A DNA stretch of 64,000 nucleotides, from contig MU058221.1 of assembly GCA_013265495.1 (NCBI GenBank), forward strand, positions 124,001 through 188,000. Reading direction: 5' to 3'. A program made the translations under genes and the position numbers. The notes below the pieces were generated by a model. The model made no database searches. It saw nothing but the letters and a program-made list of their open reading frames with translations, and was not told the DNA's origin. Source of the stretch: Vicugna vicugna (taxonomy: Eukaryota). Shown piece after piece: positions 37,809 through 49,899 of the stretch (position 1 is its first letter; each line of letters starts with the position of its first letter).

Positions 37809-38002
37809 AAGAGGCTTTCGATTTACAGTTTTAATTCTAAACTGCCCTGTGATACGGTGTTCTGGAAGTGCTTATTCTGGAAGAGATTTACATTTAAAAA
37901 TACGAACTAATGCATGAGGTAGTCTAAAATATTGAGCGATTTCACAGGTCACACATAAAAATATCTAACTCTACCATGATAGTCTCAACAGATTTTTGCC
38001 AG

Positions 38003-38204
38003 TCTTTTTTATTTTTTTATTTTTTAATTGAAGTATAGTCAGTTTACAATGTTGTATCAATTTCTGGTGTACAGCATACATATACATACACATATTTGTT
38101 TTCATATTCTTTTTCATTATAGGCTACTATAAGATACTGAATATAGTTCCCTGTGCTGTACAGTATAAACTTGTTTATCTATCTTAGTAGTTAGTATCTG
38201 CAAA
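38003..38204 (-). mobile_element. Short L1 3' tail, same sense as GCFC2, in its last intron
   Basis: ttgaagtatagtcagtttacaatgttg L1 terminus with T-rich tail on +; TSD tcaacagattttt (37985-37997 and 38205-38217). Confidence 0.88.
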
Positions 38205-38304
38205 TCAACAGATTTTTCAGAAGTAAAAATCTTTCTAAAAATTGTTGGGAATACACTAGAACCCTCAACTGTGCTTATGAAGGTACAAATAAAATATGTG
38301 TTAC

Positions 38305-38429
38305 CTGATTTCACTTCTAGATAATTTCTGTGCCAGCTGCAGTAAAAACTGGATGAAGTTTTCTAGCTGGGGAATAGATGCTCTCATGGTAGAATTTTTG
38401 AACCATTCTTCTGGTAAATATGCTGCTAT
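38305..38429 (-). CDS. GCFC2: GCFC2 exon 16
   Basis: [54 protein letters not shown]; 125 nt. Confidence 0.95.
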
Positions 38430-38774
38430 CTGATAATCAAAACACAAGGTTGGTTTTTAATAATGACAGTTATTATCTAAAGACTTTTGCTAACATAATA
38501 TCATTTAATCTTCAGCACTCATGCAGGCTGTGTATTATTCTTCTGTTTCATAGTTCAAGGTTAAATAAACAGAATTTCCCTCCTTTCAGGGTATTATATT
38601 TAAAAAAAAATTTTGATACCCAGAGCTTAAAACAGACTACTTTTTATAAACACGTCCCAGTACTTATAATACTTTTTATACTCTAATTCCTGAGCAATTA
38701 AATCGTATAAAACAAAGTAAACACCAGAAATGTGTAGGCACAAAACACTTTTAGTCAGCATACCTACACATCTA

Positions 38775-38994
38775 CATTTGACCCTTGAACAACGCAGGGG
38801 GTTAGGGGAGGAACCCACATGCAGCCAAAAACTCGTGTATTAACTCTACAGTCGGCCCCCCGTATTTGCAGTTCTGTTTCCACAGATTCAACCAGCCGTG
38901 GACCGTGCAGTACTGTAGTACGTGTTTATCGAAAAAAAATCCTCATGTAAGTGGACCCATGTAGTTCAAACCTGTGTTGTTTAAGAGTCAACTG
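38775..38994. mobile_element. Tigger2/MER8-type TcMar MITE
   Basis: TIRs catttgacccttgaacaac / gttgtttaagagtcaactg with TA target duplication on both sides. Confidence 0.85.
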
Positions 38995-41029
38995 TAAAAA
39001 AATAGGTAGATTTGGTATTATTTTACAACAGGAAACTGGGTAATCTCATGTATAATCCACAAAAAAAAAATTAGTTAAGAAATCAAGAAGTTGATTCTAA
39101 GATTCACTGAATAAAAAAATTCATTATGGTTTTGATTTCTTTCTAATTTAAAACACTGGTTTAAATATTGACAGCAGCATAAAAAGCCAATGTATGTGTA
39201 CTCATTTTTTTCTTCTGGGGAAAAAAAAAACCCAACACAACACTTACAATGATGCTAAAGGTAATACATGATTTGGGGAAAAGTTCTGGTAAAAAACAGA
39301 AAAATTTTGACAAAATAGAAAAGAAAAACTTCCTCATAGCAGAAGGAAGAATTTTAAAGAAAGGAGAGAGAATGGGAGGAATGAAAAGTCTTAGATCATA
39401 CTGTTCAAAGAAATTCTTGGATAAACAGGTTATGCTATAGTTGATCCGTACTTCTAGAAAGTAGAAAGTTGCACCACATATATATTACAAAACATGTCAA
39501 ATCAAAGTTCTGGAATGCACTCTTTCTAAAATAAATCTGATTGGTCAACACTGAAAACAGACTTCAGGAAAAAGATTTGTCCTTTTTCTTAATCACCTTT
39601 TTCAATTATCCAGAAAAAAAATACAGACACACTGATTGCCTAAGGCAGAAAGACCTGAAAGCTTTGTTATGCAAACTGTATCTTTTTAAAGTTTCAAAAC
39701 CAGCCTTCATTGGCTTGGCATTCAGTGTCATTTGCACTTGCTTTCCCCTTGTTTTGTCACAAGTCTCAATAAAATTCTGAAAAAACTATCTAGCTTTGCT
39801 GTGAATGACGCTGGGACTTAGAGCCGCATCGTCTTCACCTGGTTTTCTAGCCACAAGCTGTGGACAGAATGTCATATATCCTCTTCCTTACTTCCCCACA
39901 GTAGAGCCTCGTGGTCAAAAGGGGCTAAGCTGAACCCGAAACACACGTAGGATGGATGATGATTTAATTTTTTGGTAGATAATATAGTTTAAAACTACAT
40001 GATATGAAAACCATAGCTAGAAAAATGACAGTCGTCTAGGAACTGCCATCTAACATTATATCTATATTTTAAAAATTTATATTACAATGTAAGTATTATC
40101 CCACATTCTTAAAAACTTTTCCACATGACTTTCATCTTATGCATAGATGATGTTTTTAGATATTTAGGTTGTTCCCAACTGTCTATTATAAATGATGCTG
40201 TAATAATATTCTTTGTACTTAACATTCTTATGTCCATCTGGTTTTTTAACCTAGGGTAATTTCCTAGAAGTAAACTTGCTAAGTAAAAGGGTATGAACTT
40301 TAAAGGTTTCGTATCAGTCATGCCAGAACAGTCCCCGGAGGTGCATTCCTCCTTCCACAATGCAGAAACTGCTTCCCAGGATTGCTGCACCACACGTTCT
40401 AGACGCACGGTGTCCCCGGAACGAGGGGCTGTTGTCTCCCTGTGCTTATGACAATCCTGGGAATTGTAATAAATGTAACAGCAAAAAAATTTGGCAGCAC
40501 AACAGGTACAATAATATCCTTAACTGTATTATTTACAATTCTCAGATTAGTATTGGTAAGCTTCTCCACATGCTTAGACGTTATTTTTGCATTTTTTTTT
40601 GCTGAATTGCCTGTTGCATGTCTTTTGGTCATTTTCAGTCAGAATATCCGAATTGTTCACTGATTTGTAAAGAGCTTTCTAAAAATGTGGGTATTAATCC
40701 TCATTATGCATTATAACTTTTTTCTTCATTTTTCAATTTCCTTTCTTTTTAAATTTTTACTATAGAAAATTTCAAACATAAGCAACAGCAGAAAGAATAA
40801 GTGTAGTGAGACGAATGAACCTAACTTCCAGTTTTAATAATAATCAAATAGTCCTGATACCTTTCTGGTTAATGCTTTTCGGCTGACTAAAGTCTTGTAT
40901 TTTTGTCAAATCTATTACTTTTTCTCATCATTTCTTTTTTCTATTTGTGTTTAAGATAAGAAAGGACTCCCTTAACATCAGATATAGTCATTTATTTTCT
41001 GAGTACAATACTTCGTAGTGTTTTTAAAA

Positions 41030-41174
41030 ACATTTTATTTTATTTTTTGTTTTTTTGTTTTGTTTTGTTCATTTATTTACATATTTATGTTAATGGAGGT
41101 ACTGGGGATTGAACCCAGGACCTCTTCTTGCCTGCTAAGCACATGCTCTACTGCTGAACTATATCCTTCCTCCC
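41030..41174 (-). mobile_element. tRNA-Ala-derived SINE (Vic-1-like) in GCFC2 intron 15
   Basis: Same head (GGTCCTGGGTTCAATCCCCAGTACCTCCA) plus A-rich tail; flanks ttcgtagtgttttt/ttcatagttttttt. Confidence 0.85.
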
Positions 41175-41444
41175 TTCATAGTTTTTTTATGCTTAATTCT
41201 TTTTAAAAAAACTTTTTTTATACTTAATTCTTTGCTTCATCTGAAATTTATACTGGTATTTAGTGAGAGGTGAGGATCTAACATTCATTTTGTAAATACT
41301 GGGTTGCTTCTGGGTTTCTTGTCTGGTAATGACTGTTTGTTATTATGTGGGTACCACAAACTTTTAATTTCTTTGCCACAAAATTGATTTTAACAACTAA
41401 ATTTTAAAAACGGTAAAATTAGAATCAGTTTCTACACAACTTAC

Positions 41445-41591
41445 CTGGCTGCACTTTTTAACAACCTCTGGCCCAGGTGTGGCATTAAGAAGAGCTGTAA
41501 CGAGGTAACGGTTCAGCAGCTTCCCTAGTCCTAGCTCCCGCAAAGTGCCTTCTGAGAGGAGTCCGTTCCAAAGAAGAACATTGTGGAAGAG
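41445..41591 (-). CDS. GCFC2: GCFC2 exon 15
   Basis: [61 protein letters not shown]; 147 nt. Confidence 0.96.
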
Positions 41592-43023
41592 CTAAAATAA
41601 AGTAAAATGTCAAGTGACTGTGTGCCTTTTCTCCAAAAGAAAGCTGCAACAGTCTCCAACAAACAGGAAAAGTTGGTCAAACTCTTCTGAACTCTCACTA
41701 CAATTAGCGCTGTTGGAACTGTCAATTTTAGAATCAACAAAGCATTCTCAATCAACACATGATTCTTTCTTTCCAACCTCCATGGATTTGCTCATCCCAT
41801 TTTCAGTTTTTAGGAACACCGCTCAAAATCCATTTCAAACAGCCTTGCTGGAGCCTGTCCAAACCAGTAACCTTCCTCCTCCGTCCATGCTCTCCTGGAG
41901 TCGGGGGTTGCAAGGCTGCAGGGCCCCAGGATTCATATAGGACTGCGGCTACAGCCAGGGTCACGGTTACCACTGTGTGCCCCGGAGAGACCAGTCAAAC
42001 CCGAAAACCCAGTGCTCTGGTACAGAAAACAAGATTAATAATAATGTTGAGGCTGGAGATGCCCTGGGTAAAATACTTTTAAGAAATTCTAATAAAATTA
42101 GTGTGGGTGGCATTCCCCTCCTCTAAATCCAGACCCCTCTGTGAACTTCATGGTTAGCTCCCACTTTCTTTACAGTCCTGCACGTATCGCCTCCGGCGCT
42201 AAACGACATGCAGCCGCGCTAACGTGCAGTGTTTTCACACTTCGTGCCACTGTCATCATGCTTCCTCTTCCTGAGAAGCCTCTTCCTGACTCAACCGTAG
42301 GACAAACACTGATTCACCCGATCGGAACTATTACTGCTGAGGTCGCCCGTGGCCTGCTAATTGTCAAATCCAGTAAACGCTGTTAAGTCTTTCTCCTAAT
42401 TCTCTTCAGCAGCATTAACACTCTGCCTTCGTTCTTGAAAGTGCTTTGCTTCGTGTCTCTGATGCCACTCTCCTGTGACCATTCTTAGTTTCCCAATTCA
42501 TCCTGAGCCTTTTCTGAAGACTCCACTTTCTCTGCCCACCTCTTACGCCAGCATTTCCCAAGGGTATATCCTCAGCCTTCTTGTCATGCTTCACCCAGTC
42601 TCCCCAGAGGTTGTCATTCATGACCATGCCTCCGAATACTGCCCATTACGTGGCTGACTCCCCAATCTCCAGCTAAGATTTGTCCCCCTGCAATTCACAT
42701 TCAACTATCCAACTGGCTCCAAGACTTCTATTCCTGTATTTGTCCATAGGTATCTTAGATTCACTATGTCCAAAACAGATCTTATCTTTCCTCCCAAACC
42801 TTTACGTCTTCCTGCAACCCCTCCGATGCCCTCAAAGAACGTCATCAGAAGTTGCCAGGCTGCCAAAGTCAGGAACTTGGCTAGCATCCTACATTCTTCA
42901 CACGTGATTAATTCGTCATCAGGTTCTTTCAATTCTTCGTCCTAAATACCTTTTGAATCCAGCTTCTCGTTACCATCCCTATTGCCACTGACCTAGCAAT
43001 GACTTCATCCTTTATCATCTAGA

Positions 43024-43333
43024 CCACGGGTCAGACAACTGTGACTTGTCAGTTAAATCCAGCTCACTGCCTGTTTCTTTAGAGCTGGTGAACTAAGAAT
43101 GGTTTTTATACTTCTAAATGATTGGGGAAAAAAAGGGCCATTTTGTGACATATGCAAAGTGCGACATTCATACTTCAGCGTCTGTAAGTTTTACTGAATC
43201 ACAGACACGCTCATTTGTCTACACAGTTTTGCACCACCGCGGCAGAGTCGAACAGTCCAGCATTTATATTGACCTGCAAAGCCTAGAATATTTACCATTT
43301 GGTCCTTTATAGAAGAATTTTGCTGATCTCCAC
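43024..43333. mobile_element. MER58B-like hAT-Charlie element
   Basis: ctaagaatggtttttata ... cctgcaaagcctagaatatttaccatttggtcctttatagaa signature. Confidence 0.75.
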
Positions 43334-43395
43334 TCTACAGTAAACTTGACATAAAAGAACAAATTTTGTTTTTATTTTTGCAGTTTTCTGCTTAC

Positions 43396-43462
43396 CTTTA
43401 GGCCTGACCAGAATTGTCTTTCTTGGAACTTTGAATGTGGTGATGCTCTGTTCTCTACAGCA
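43396..43462 (-). CDS. GCFC2: GCFC2 exon 14
   Basis: [35 protein letters not shown]; 67 nt. Confidence 0.95.
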
Positions 43463-44860
43463 CTAATTTGAAGTAAAAGAAAGAGAAAGGAGTAAATGAA
43501 AATGACTGTTCATCTTTCAGAAACAGAGTTTAAAAAATAGTGGTTTTGTTTTTTTGAGACCAACCAAACTAAACCTTAACAATATAAATGGAGGTGCTCT
43601 GACGATATCTACTGAAATTACCAGTGCGCGCACACGCTGACTCAGCAGATCCCTGGGAAGGCTTTCTGTAGATACATCTGCACATGCGCAGAACAGTACG
43701 CCCATAAAACCATTCACAACACTGTTAGTGACGGTTTACCACTACATGCTCATCAGTCAACAGTACGTCTGTATGATGGCGTATTACGCAGCTTGAAGAG
43801 GAATGAGGGAACTACTTATGTGATGACATAAAACGATCTCAGAGACGAACTAAGTCAAAAAGCAAGGTGCACAACAATGCTTATGACTGTTCGCGATCTA
43901 CTTACTTTGCTATAAAAAGGAAGGAAAAAGATTAATTCTAAATTTTATTTATAACTTTAATTCTAATTGGATAGAGGAGTTCTGAAAAGGTGAAAAGGTT
44001 TACTAACAGTATTACTGCAAGCATGTGTCTGTATAGAGGACGACGGGCAGCAACTGGGTGGATGGAGGTCAGGAATGGGAGGGAATAAGATTTTCCATTT
44101 TAAATATAAATAAAAATTTAAAAACACACATTCATATGTGAACTGATTAGTTATCTAAAACATTACAAACCCTAATGGAGAATTTTTACATGCACACGTC
44201 TCTTCAGGATTCAAATTAACCAGAAAGCTTAGAAGTCCCTTTCTTTTCTCTGCACAAAGCTCTTCCGCCCTGTGAGTGCTCACTCTGTGTAGCTGCAGTT
44301 CAAGACCCATTTCTGCAACTGGTGCTTTCTTAGCCAATGTACGAATTGCATCAAATACTGCTTGTTTTATCCCTTAAAGTAAATACAGAATTTGCAGATG
44401 CAGTTCTGGCCCCTCAGTGATGTCCAGGCCTTAGGCTGTGCTTTCTGTGTCAAGCACTGTTCTGAGCATTCTCTTCATCTCCACAATGTCCTGTGACACA
44501 GGCATTACTTTAATGCCCCACTTTCTACACAAGGACACCGATGCACAGACGGGCCCAAGGTCAAACATCTAGTAATGGTGAATCTGGGCTCCAGAATCTA
44601 ACCACTCTGCTATGTCAACTGTCTTGTTCTTAAGAATAATATTAAGTCACAAAAACATCGCCCAAAACCTATGTCAATGTGCCATGGATCATACTTGGCA
44701 TATAAAAGGTGACTGAAAAATATTTGTTGAAATCTCAATTAGCATCTTAATAGGTATGTGTGTTTTGAAAACACTTAACATGCTTAGTTTCTTCTACTGC
44801 ACTCTCATCTGTAATACATGATTAACCATTTCATACAATCTAGAAATTAGCCACCCTTAC

Positions 44861-44937
44861 CTCTTTGGATACAGAGGAATAAAAACATCATCTTCTATTG
44901 ACTTCTTCATTCTTGAACCAATGGATTTAAGTATATC
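44861..44937 (-). CDS. GCFC2: GCFC2 exon 13
   Basis: AAATAG| DILKSIGSRMKKSIEDDVFIPLYPK |GTAAGG; 77 nt. Confidence 0.95.
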
Positions 44938-45863
44938 CTATTTAAAAAAAAAATTTAAAACCATCAGTGATAGTCATAGGTAGAAAGAAATACATTTACC
45001 AAAAGAAGCAATTCTAACAGAACAGTGCAAGTTTGTACACACTCAGACTCAGGTGTTAACATAACTATCAGTTAGGTACAGGAGAACTTCATCCGCCCGT
45101 GCTGCTATGTGCTGCAGCAGCTGGCGCCTTTTCACTGCAGCGTGGTGCTCTGTTGCATGATGGAACATGTGTTTAGATGGTCTCCAGTTTCGGGCCTGTT
45201 ATGGATTATGTTACTATAAAAGTTCTTGCACAACAGGTCAATGCATGGACGTACCTCTCCAGTGGGCATGTGCAGAAATGAAGCTGCTGGAATACAGGCC
45301 GTATCTGCATGTTCAGCTTTGTACAGACTGCCAAGCTGCCTTCTGAAATACCGGTGTCCCATTCCTGCTCCCACTAGCCATGTATGAGAAATTCTGTTTC
45401 CTTACAACCTTACAGAAACAGGGTGTTTTTTGTTAGTTTTGTTTTTAATGCTTGCAATGCTGGTGTGTATGTAGTCACTTTTTATTCTGTTTTAATTTTG
45501 TTTTTCCTGTTGAGTAATGTAATGTGCATCCTCTGGTATTTGGACAGGCTCCTTTGCAAAGTACCTAAATAAGCTGTTTGTTTACACTTTTTTTTTAAAT
45601 TTAAATTAAGTTCTGACTCTTACTGATCTGTAGAAGCCTTTTATATACTCTATGAGTCCTTCACTGCTTTGTCAATGTCCTTTGACACAGTATATTCACT
45701 TTGGCAAATTCATTTTGTTGTTTGTATCTCAAAAACTGAAAATAACCAAAATACTGAATCATGGGGACTTTTAAGGATCTTGTGTTCTTATTTTATTTAT
45801 TTTTTATTGATTGAAAAGATTCTTTAACTATGCTTTACAATTTTCAAGTTTCATACACATGAT

Positions 45864-45969
45864 AAAAATATGGACTGCTTCATAAATTTGCATGTCATCC
45901 CTTTGCAGGGGCCATGATAAACTTCTCTGTATGCTCCAGTTTTACTATATGTGCTGCCAAAGCAAGCAC
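45864..45969 (-). pseudogene. U6 snRNA retropseudogene, full length, fused to a LINE-like 3' tail (45788-45863)
   Basis: Minus strand GTGCTTGCTTTGGCAGCACATATAGTAAAACTGGAGCATACAGAGAAG...CCATATTTTT aligns end to end with U6 with about 15 differences; ACAGAGA box kept, AGC triad changed to ATC. Confidence 0.93.
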
Positions 45970-47481
45970 TGTAAACAGACTTTAAAACAGTTTTAAAAAG
46001 GCACTGAAGAGCTTGAGCTGCTAGTTTTCTGCTGCTCTGTATTTCCATGAAGACAAGCTTGGGTGGCGTGGGCAGATGTTGGGGCCCTCGGGAGAACGAG
46101 GACAGGTGCTCACCACGGCAAGAGCAGCTTTACTCTTGTGTGTGTATGTTTGTGTATAGGGTTGTATAAGATTTTATTTGAAAAGGTTCTGTAGATAGAA
46201 AAGGAAGTTTGAAAATCACCGATCTATCTAAACATTCATCCGATGTCATTTTCACATTTCCACTAACCAGTCAACCAACCTATTATCTCCTGAGGCTGCC
46301 AATAACTTTGGGCAGCTTCTGACTATTGAATTTCAGTTAACAATGAGAAACAAAGTTCTCTGTCCTGTGCCTTGCATACCCAGGTCCATGTTTATTTCTT
46401 AGGATTGTGCAGAACACATGCAATCTCCTTCCATCGAGAAAGTGAGACAGCTCACTTTCTGCATTTTCTCTTTCCCGTCGCATTTTAGACACTCTCCATT
46501 CAATACGCTTAAACTAGAACTAAACGCAATGTACCTAGGGGAGTCCTTCCTGTGAGGAAAGCACACGTAACACTCTTTCTCCAAAGAGCAGACACCTAGC
46601 AGGGTGAGCTCCCGTGAGTCTTTCTGCCCCGGAAGTGGCACCACTGACCCACACTGAGTTTACTGCTGATAATCAGCCCCTTGCCATTTTCCCTAGCTGC
46701 TTCAAAGCTTTGCACTGGCCTCTTTTATTCACGCAGCTGAATTTCTGAACACAAGGGCAGGATATACACATATTCCATTCACATTGTGTATTTTGAGAGT
46801 CAGTCCATTTTCTCAGTATTTGGAAATCCTTTTGAATTCTAATTCTATTATGCTATGGGTCCATGACAGAATTCCTAGCTTTCTGCCACTGAGAAATCTT
46901 ATTAACACGTATTTTACACCTTCATCCAGTTCAGTAAAAACACTGAACAGGGCAAATCTGAGAAGCTATTTAACACCAGAGGTTTCCCCACAGGCAGCCA
47001 CAGCCCACAGTCAGTATCCTTTAGGCACCTGACCAGTTTCTCTGTATCTAACTGCACCTTATCTTTCCCCATTCGATCTGTAAGAAAATCATTAACACCT
47101 TTAAACACATTACCTACCGTACCTGTACAGCTCTTTATGTACTGGCAAAGGTAACTGAGATGCTGTGAAGAGTACCCTTTGATAAACAACTGTTTGTATC
47201 TGGGGACCCATCAAGGGAAGATCACAGCAGCCACTGCTTTCTCACTCTAGGTGTCCATAATCCATCCCTGTAGTCATCTAGTCTAGAACCTTAGCCAGAA
47301 TCAAAGCTATTCTCCCCATGTTTAGCTTATAGGAGCACTTGCTTTTCACTTTTAACTCAGGACTATGCTGTCTGGTTCTTCTGGAAACTTTCTCATTCTC
47401 TTCAATTTCTTAAACATCACTGAGAAAAACAGACTGATCTCACTGGCAGACTGTGTTACTGACCTGGAATAGTATGTAGTA

Positions 47482-47684
47482 CACTGATTCTCAACTGAGA
47501 GTAATTCTGCTATGCCTCAAAACATTCTACAATTCCTAGAGATATTTTTGGTTGTCAAGACTGGGAAGTGCTACTGACACCCGGTGGGTAGGGGGAGGCC
47601 GGGGGAGCTCGATGCACAGGACAGCCTCCCACAACAAAGAGTCACCTGCTCCAGACGCCAAGGGTGCAAAGCTGAAGAGTCCTG
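47482..47684. mobile_element. MER20-like hAT element
   Basis: ttctcaac...gatatttttggttgtca...gcacaggacagcctcccacaacaaaga signature. Confidence 0.75.
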
Positions 47685-48359
47685 ACGTGGTTCCGGTCTC
47701 CTACTAACGCGGAGCCCACTGTCAGCATTCACAGCGGGAGGGCTTCCAGAACGAACACTACCAGAACAGAAACTTCAGGAGTGAATCCCTAACACTGCTG
47801 CCAAGCCTGCCCCTTCGTGCCCAGTGACCTTTCACAAGTGACTGGCCTCTAGGCCCCAGCTTCATCACCGTAAGGTGCAATTAAAGTCAACACATTTTTA
47901 CCAGGTGGTGAGGATCACACGGGATAACGTGAGGTGTTTAAAAAATGGCAAAGCGCTATTTACGTTTAGGCTGTAAGTACATAATCCCATGTAGAGAGCA
48001 GATACAGGGCTATACAGCTGCTTCCCTGCAGCTCTTACCCACCGATCTCGGTTCTGTGCTTTGTAACAACACAGGACAAGTCTATTCCTCCTTCCGACAT
48101 AAATTCTATCTCTATGCATATCTTCTTTTAAGCTGAATATCTCTAATTCTTGTATGATTTTCATATCCCATTTGTGTTTTTATCCTGTTGGAGGCGAGTG
48201 GAGAATGCCCTTTCTCCATCAGTTGCTATGTGTTCAAATCCTATTCTTCCCTTGAGGTCCCAGCTCAAACCTCCAACAAAAATTCTTTCACTGCAGAAAG
48301 TAACTTCTCTGTCCTGCCTCTCTCCTGAAGTTTCACAGCCCGCTATCTGAGCCACTCAT

Positions 48360-48580
48360 GGAGAGGCAATGAGGATGAGCGTGGGCTTTAACCAAGGTTC
48401 AAACCCCACTTCTAACTCAAGGTATTGCTGTGAACAAGTTTTCGAGACTCAGATTCTTCATCTGTCAGATGAGGAAGCTGTCACTCACTTTTCACAGGAC
48501 TGCTGGGACAACGTGGGACGACACAGGAAGAAAACCTGACAGAGCGCTTAGCACACAGCGGGCACCAAGTAAGCGTTCCG
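48360..48580 (+). mobile_element. MIR SINE
   Basis: ggttcaaacccc...ctcagattcttcatctgtcagatgagg...gcgcttagcaca. Confidence 0.6.
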
Positions 48581-49602
48581 TGTCATTCCCACTTACTTCC
48601 TATTTGAAATAGCACTTATGTACGTCTTACTTCCTCTAAGACTGCAGATTCTCGAAGGCAGAATCATGCTGGTGTCCCTCCTAGTTCTTACAGCTTCCGT
48701 CCTGCGTGACAGCAACTCCAAGTGCTAAAATGTACTGGTGTCCAGAATATGAGTACGATACGACTCCTTGCCTCCAATCACCTTGGTTATTACACTCTGG
48801 GTACTCTCCAGTCTCTCTGTTTCCTTAAAGCTCAACCTAAAACTGGCTGATTTATTTAACTGCGTGAGTATAAAATATTATCAACAAACAGAACGATTAA
48901 AAAAAAGGGCACTACAGCAAAAGTAAGATTTAACAGATTCTCACCACAGCCTCTAAAAAGTTCCTTCCTCTTTATGTCTTACGTTCAGTGAAACTCAATT
49001 CTAAATTATGATAAATGACCATCTATCTTACCGAACTCTGAATCCTCAACGAGATTACTGCTCTTAACTTTGTAGATTACAAATAACTAGTTAATGTAAT
49101 GAATGTCAGGCTAATTTTAAAATCATTGTTAAACGATGACACAATCCCATTAGACTTATGCCAAAAGAACAAAGGTGAATTTTTTTTTTTTGCTTTTAGA
49201 AGGAATGATTTGCACTAATGTGTTTATGCCTGTTCATCCCTGCAGGGCCAGTGCATATTTATAGACCTGAAAGAGAGCTGGCTGGGCCAAGAGAACACAA
49301 GTCCGACCACTGCACAGAAAGAAAGGGTCAGTGGGAACGAAATAAGCTGGGTCTTACTGCGTGCATGTGCAGCCTTTAGAATGATTCCCGTTCCTGTGAG
49401 GATGCTCAGAAATACCAAGGTGTACTCTTTCATCTTACTATTAAGTGGCCAACCCTAGTTCTGGCACATCAGAGAAAATGTATTTTTCCCCAAACAGTTT
49501 TCTGATAATTACTCCTTCTGCATCTTCTGTAAATAAAGATTTATAATAAATTATATTGATTTATAAATAAATCAAGAAATTCATAATTATAGAAATTATT
49601 AC

Positions 49603-49724
49603 CTGTTTGCCTTTACTAACTTCATTTTCACAAGTGGAATGCTCTTCGAGAATCATTCTGCACTGTGTTATTAAACTTCTCGTCTGTGAGGTTGACAAGG
49701 GATCCCAAATGAATTCTACAAAGT
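49603..49724 (-). CDS. GCFC2: GCFC2 exon 12
   Basis: [53 protein letters not shown]; 122 nt. Confidence 0.95.
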
Positions 49725-49899
49725 CTGAAACAAAAATTTTAAGTGGTGCACAATTTATTTACTAGACTTTTTTGCTTGTCACATATAAACAATCGAGGCC
49801 TTCAGCAAACACTACTTCCTTCCTTATGTGGTTTAAAATCCAGGCCAGTGAGTACCGTTGCGTATTTGTATACAACCTCAATTTTCTTGTCCTCTTCTG

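Noticed and set aside
45864..45969. Functional U6 gene
   Set aside because: About 15 differences including CpG decay and loss of the AGC triad; retro-type tail; no obvious PSE/TATA upstream
24377..45969. Functional link between the U2/U6 retrocopies and the spliceosome-associated gene GCFC2
   Set aside because: snRNA retrocopies are abundant in mammalian genomes; co-location is probably chance and nothing in the sequence supports a mechanism
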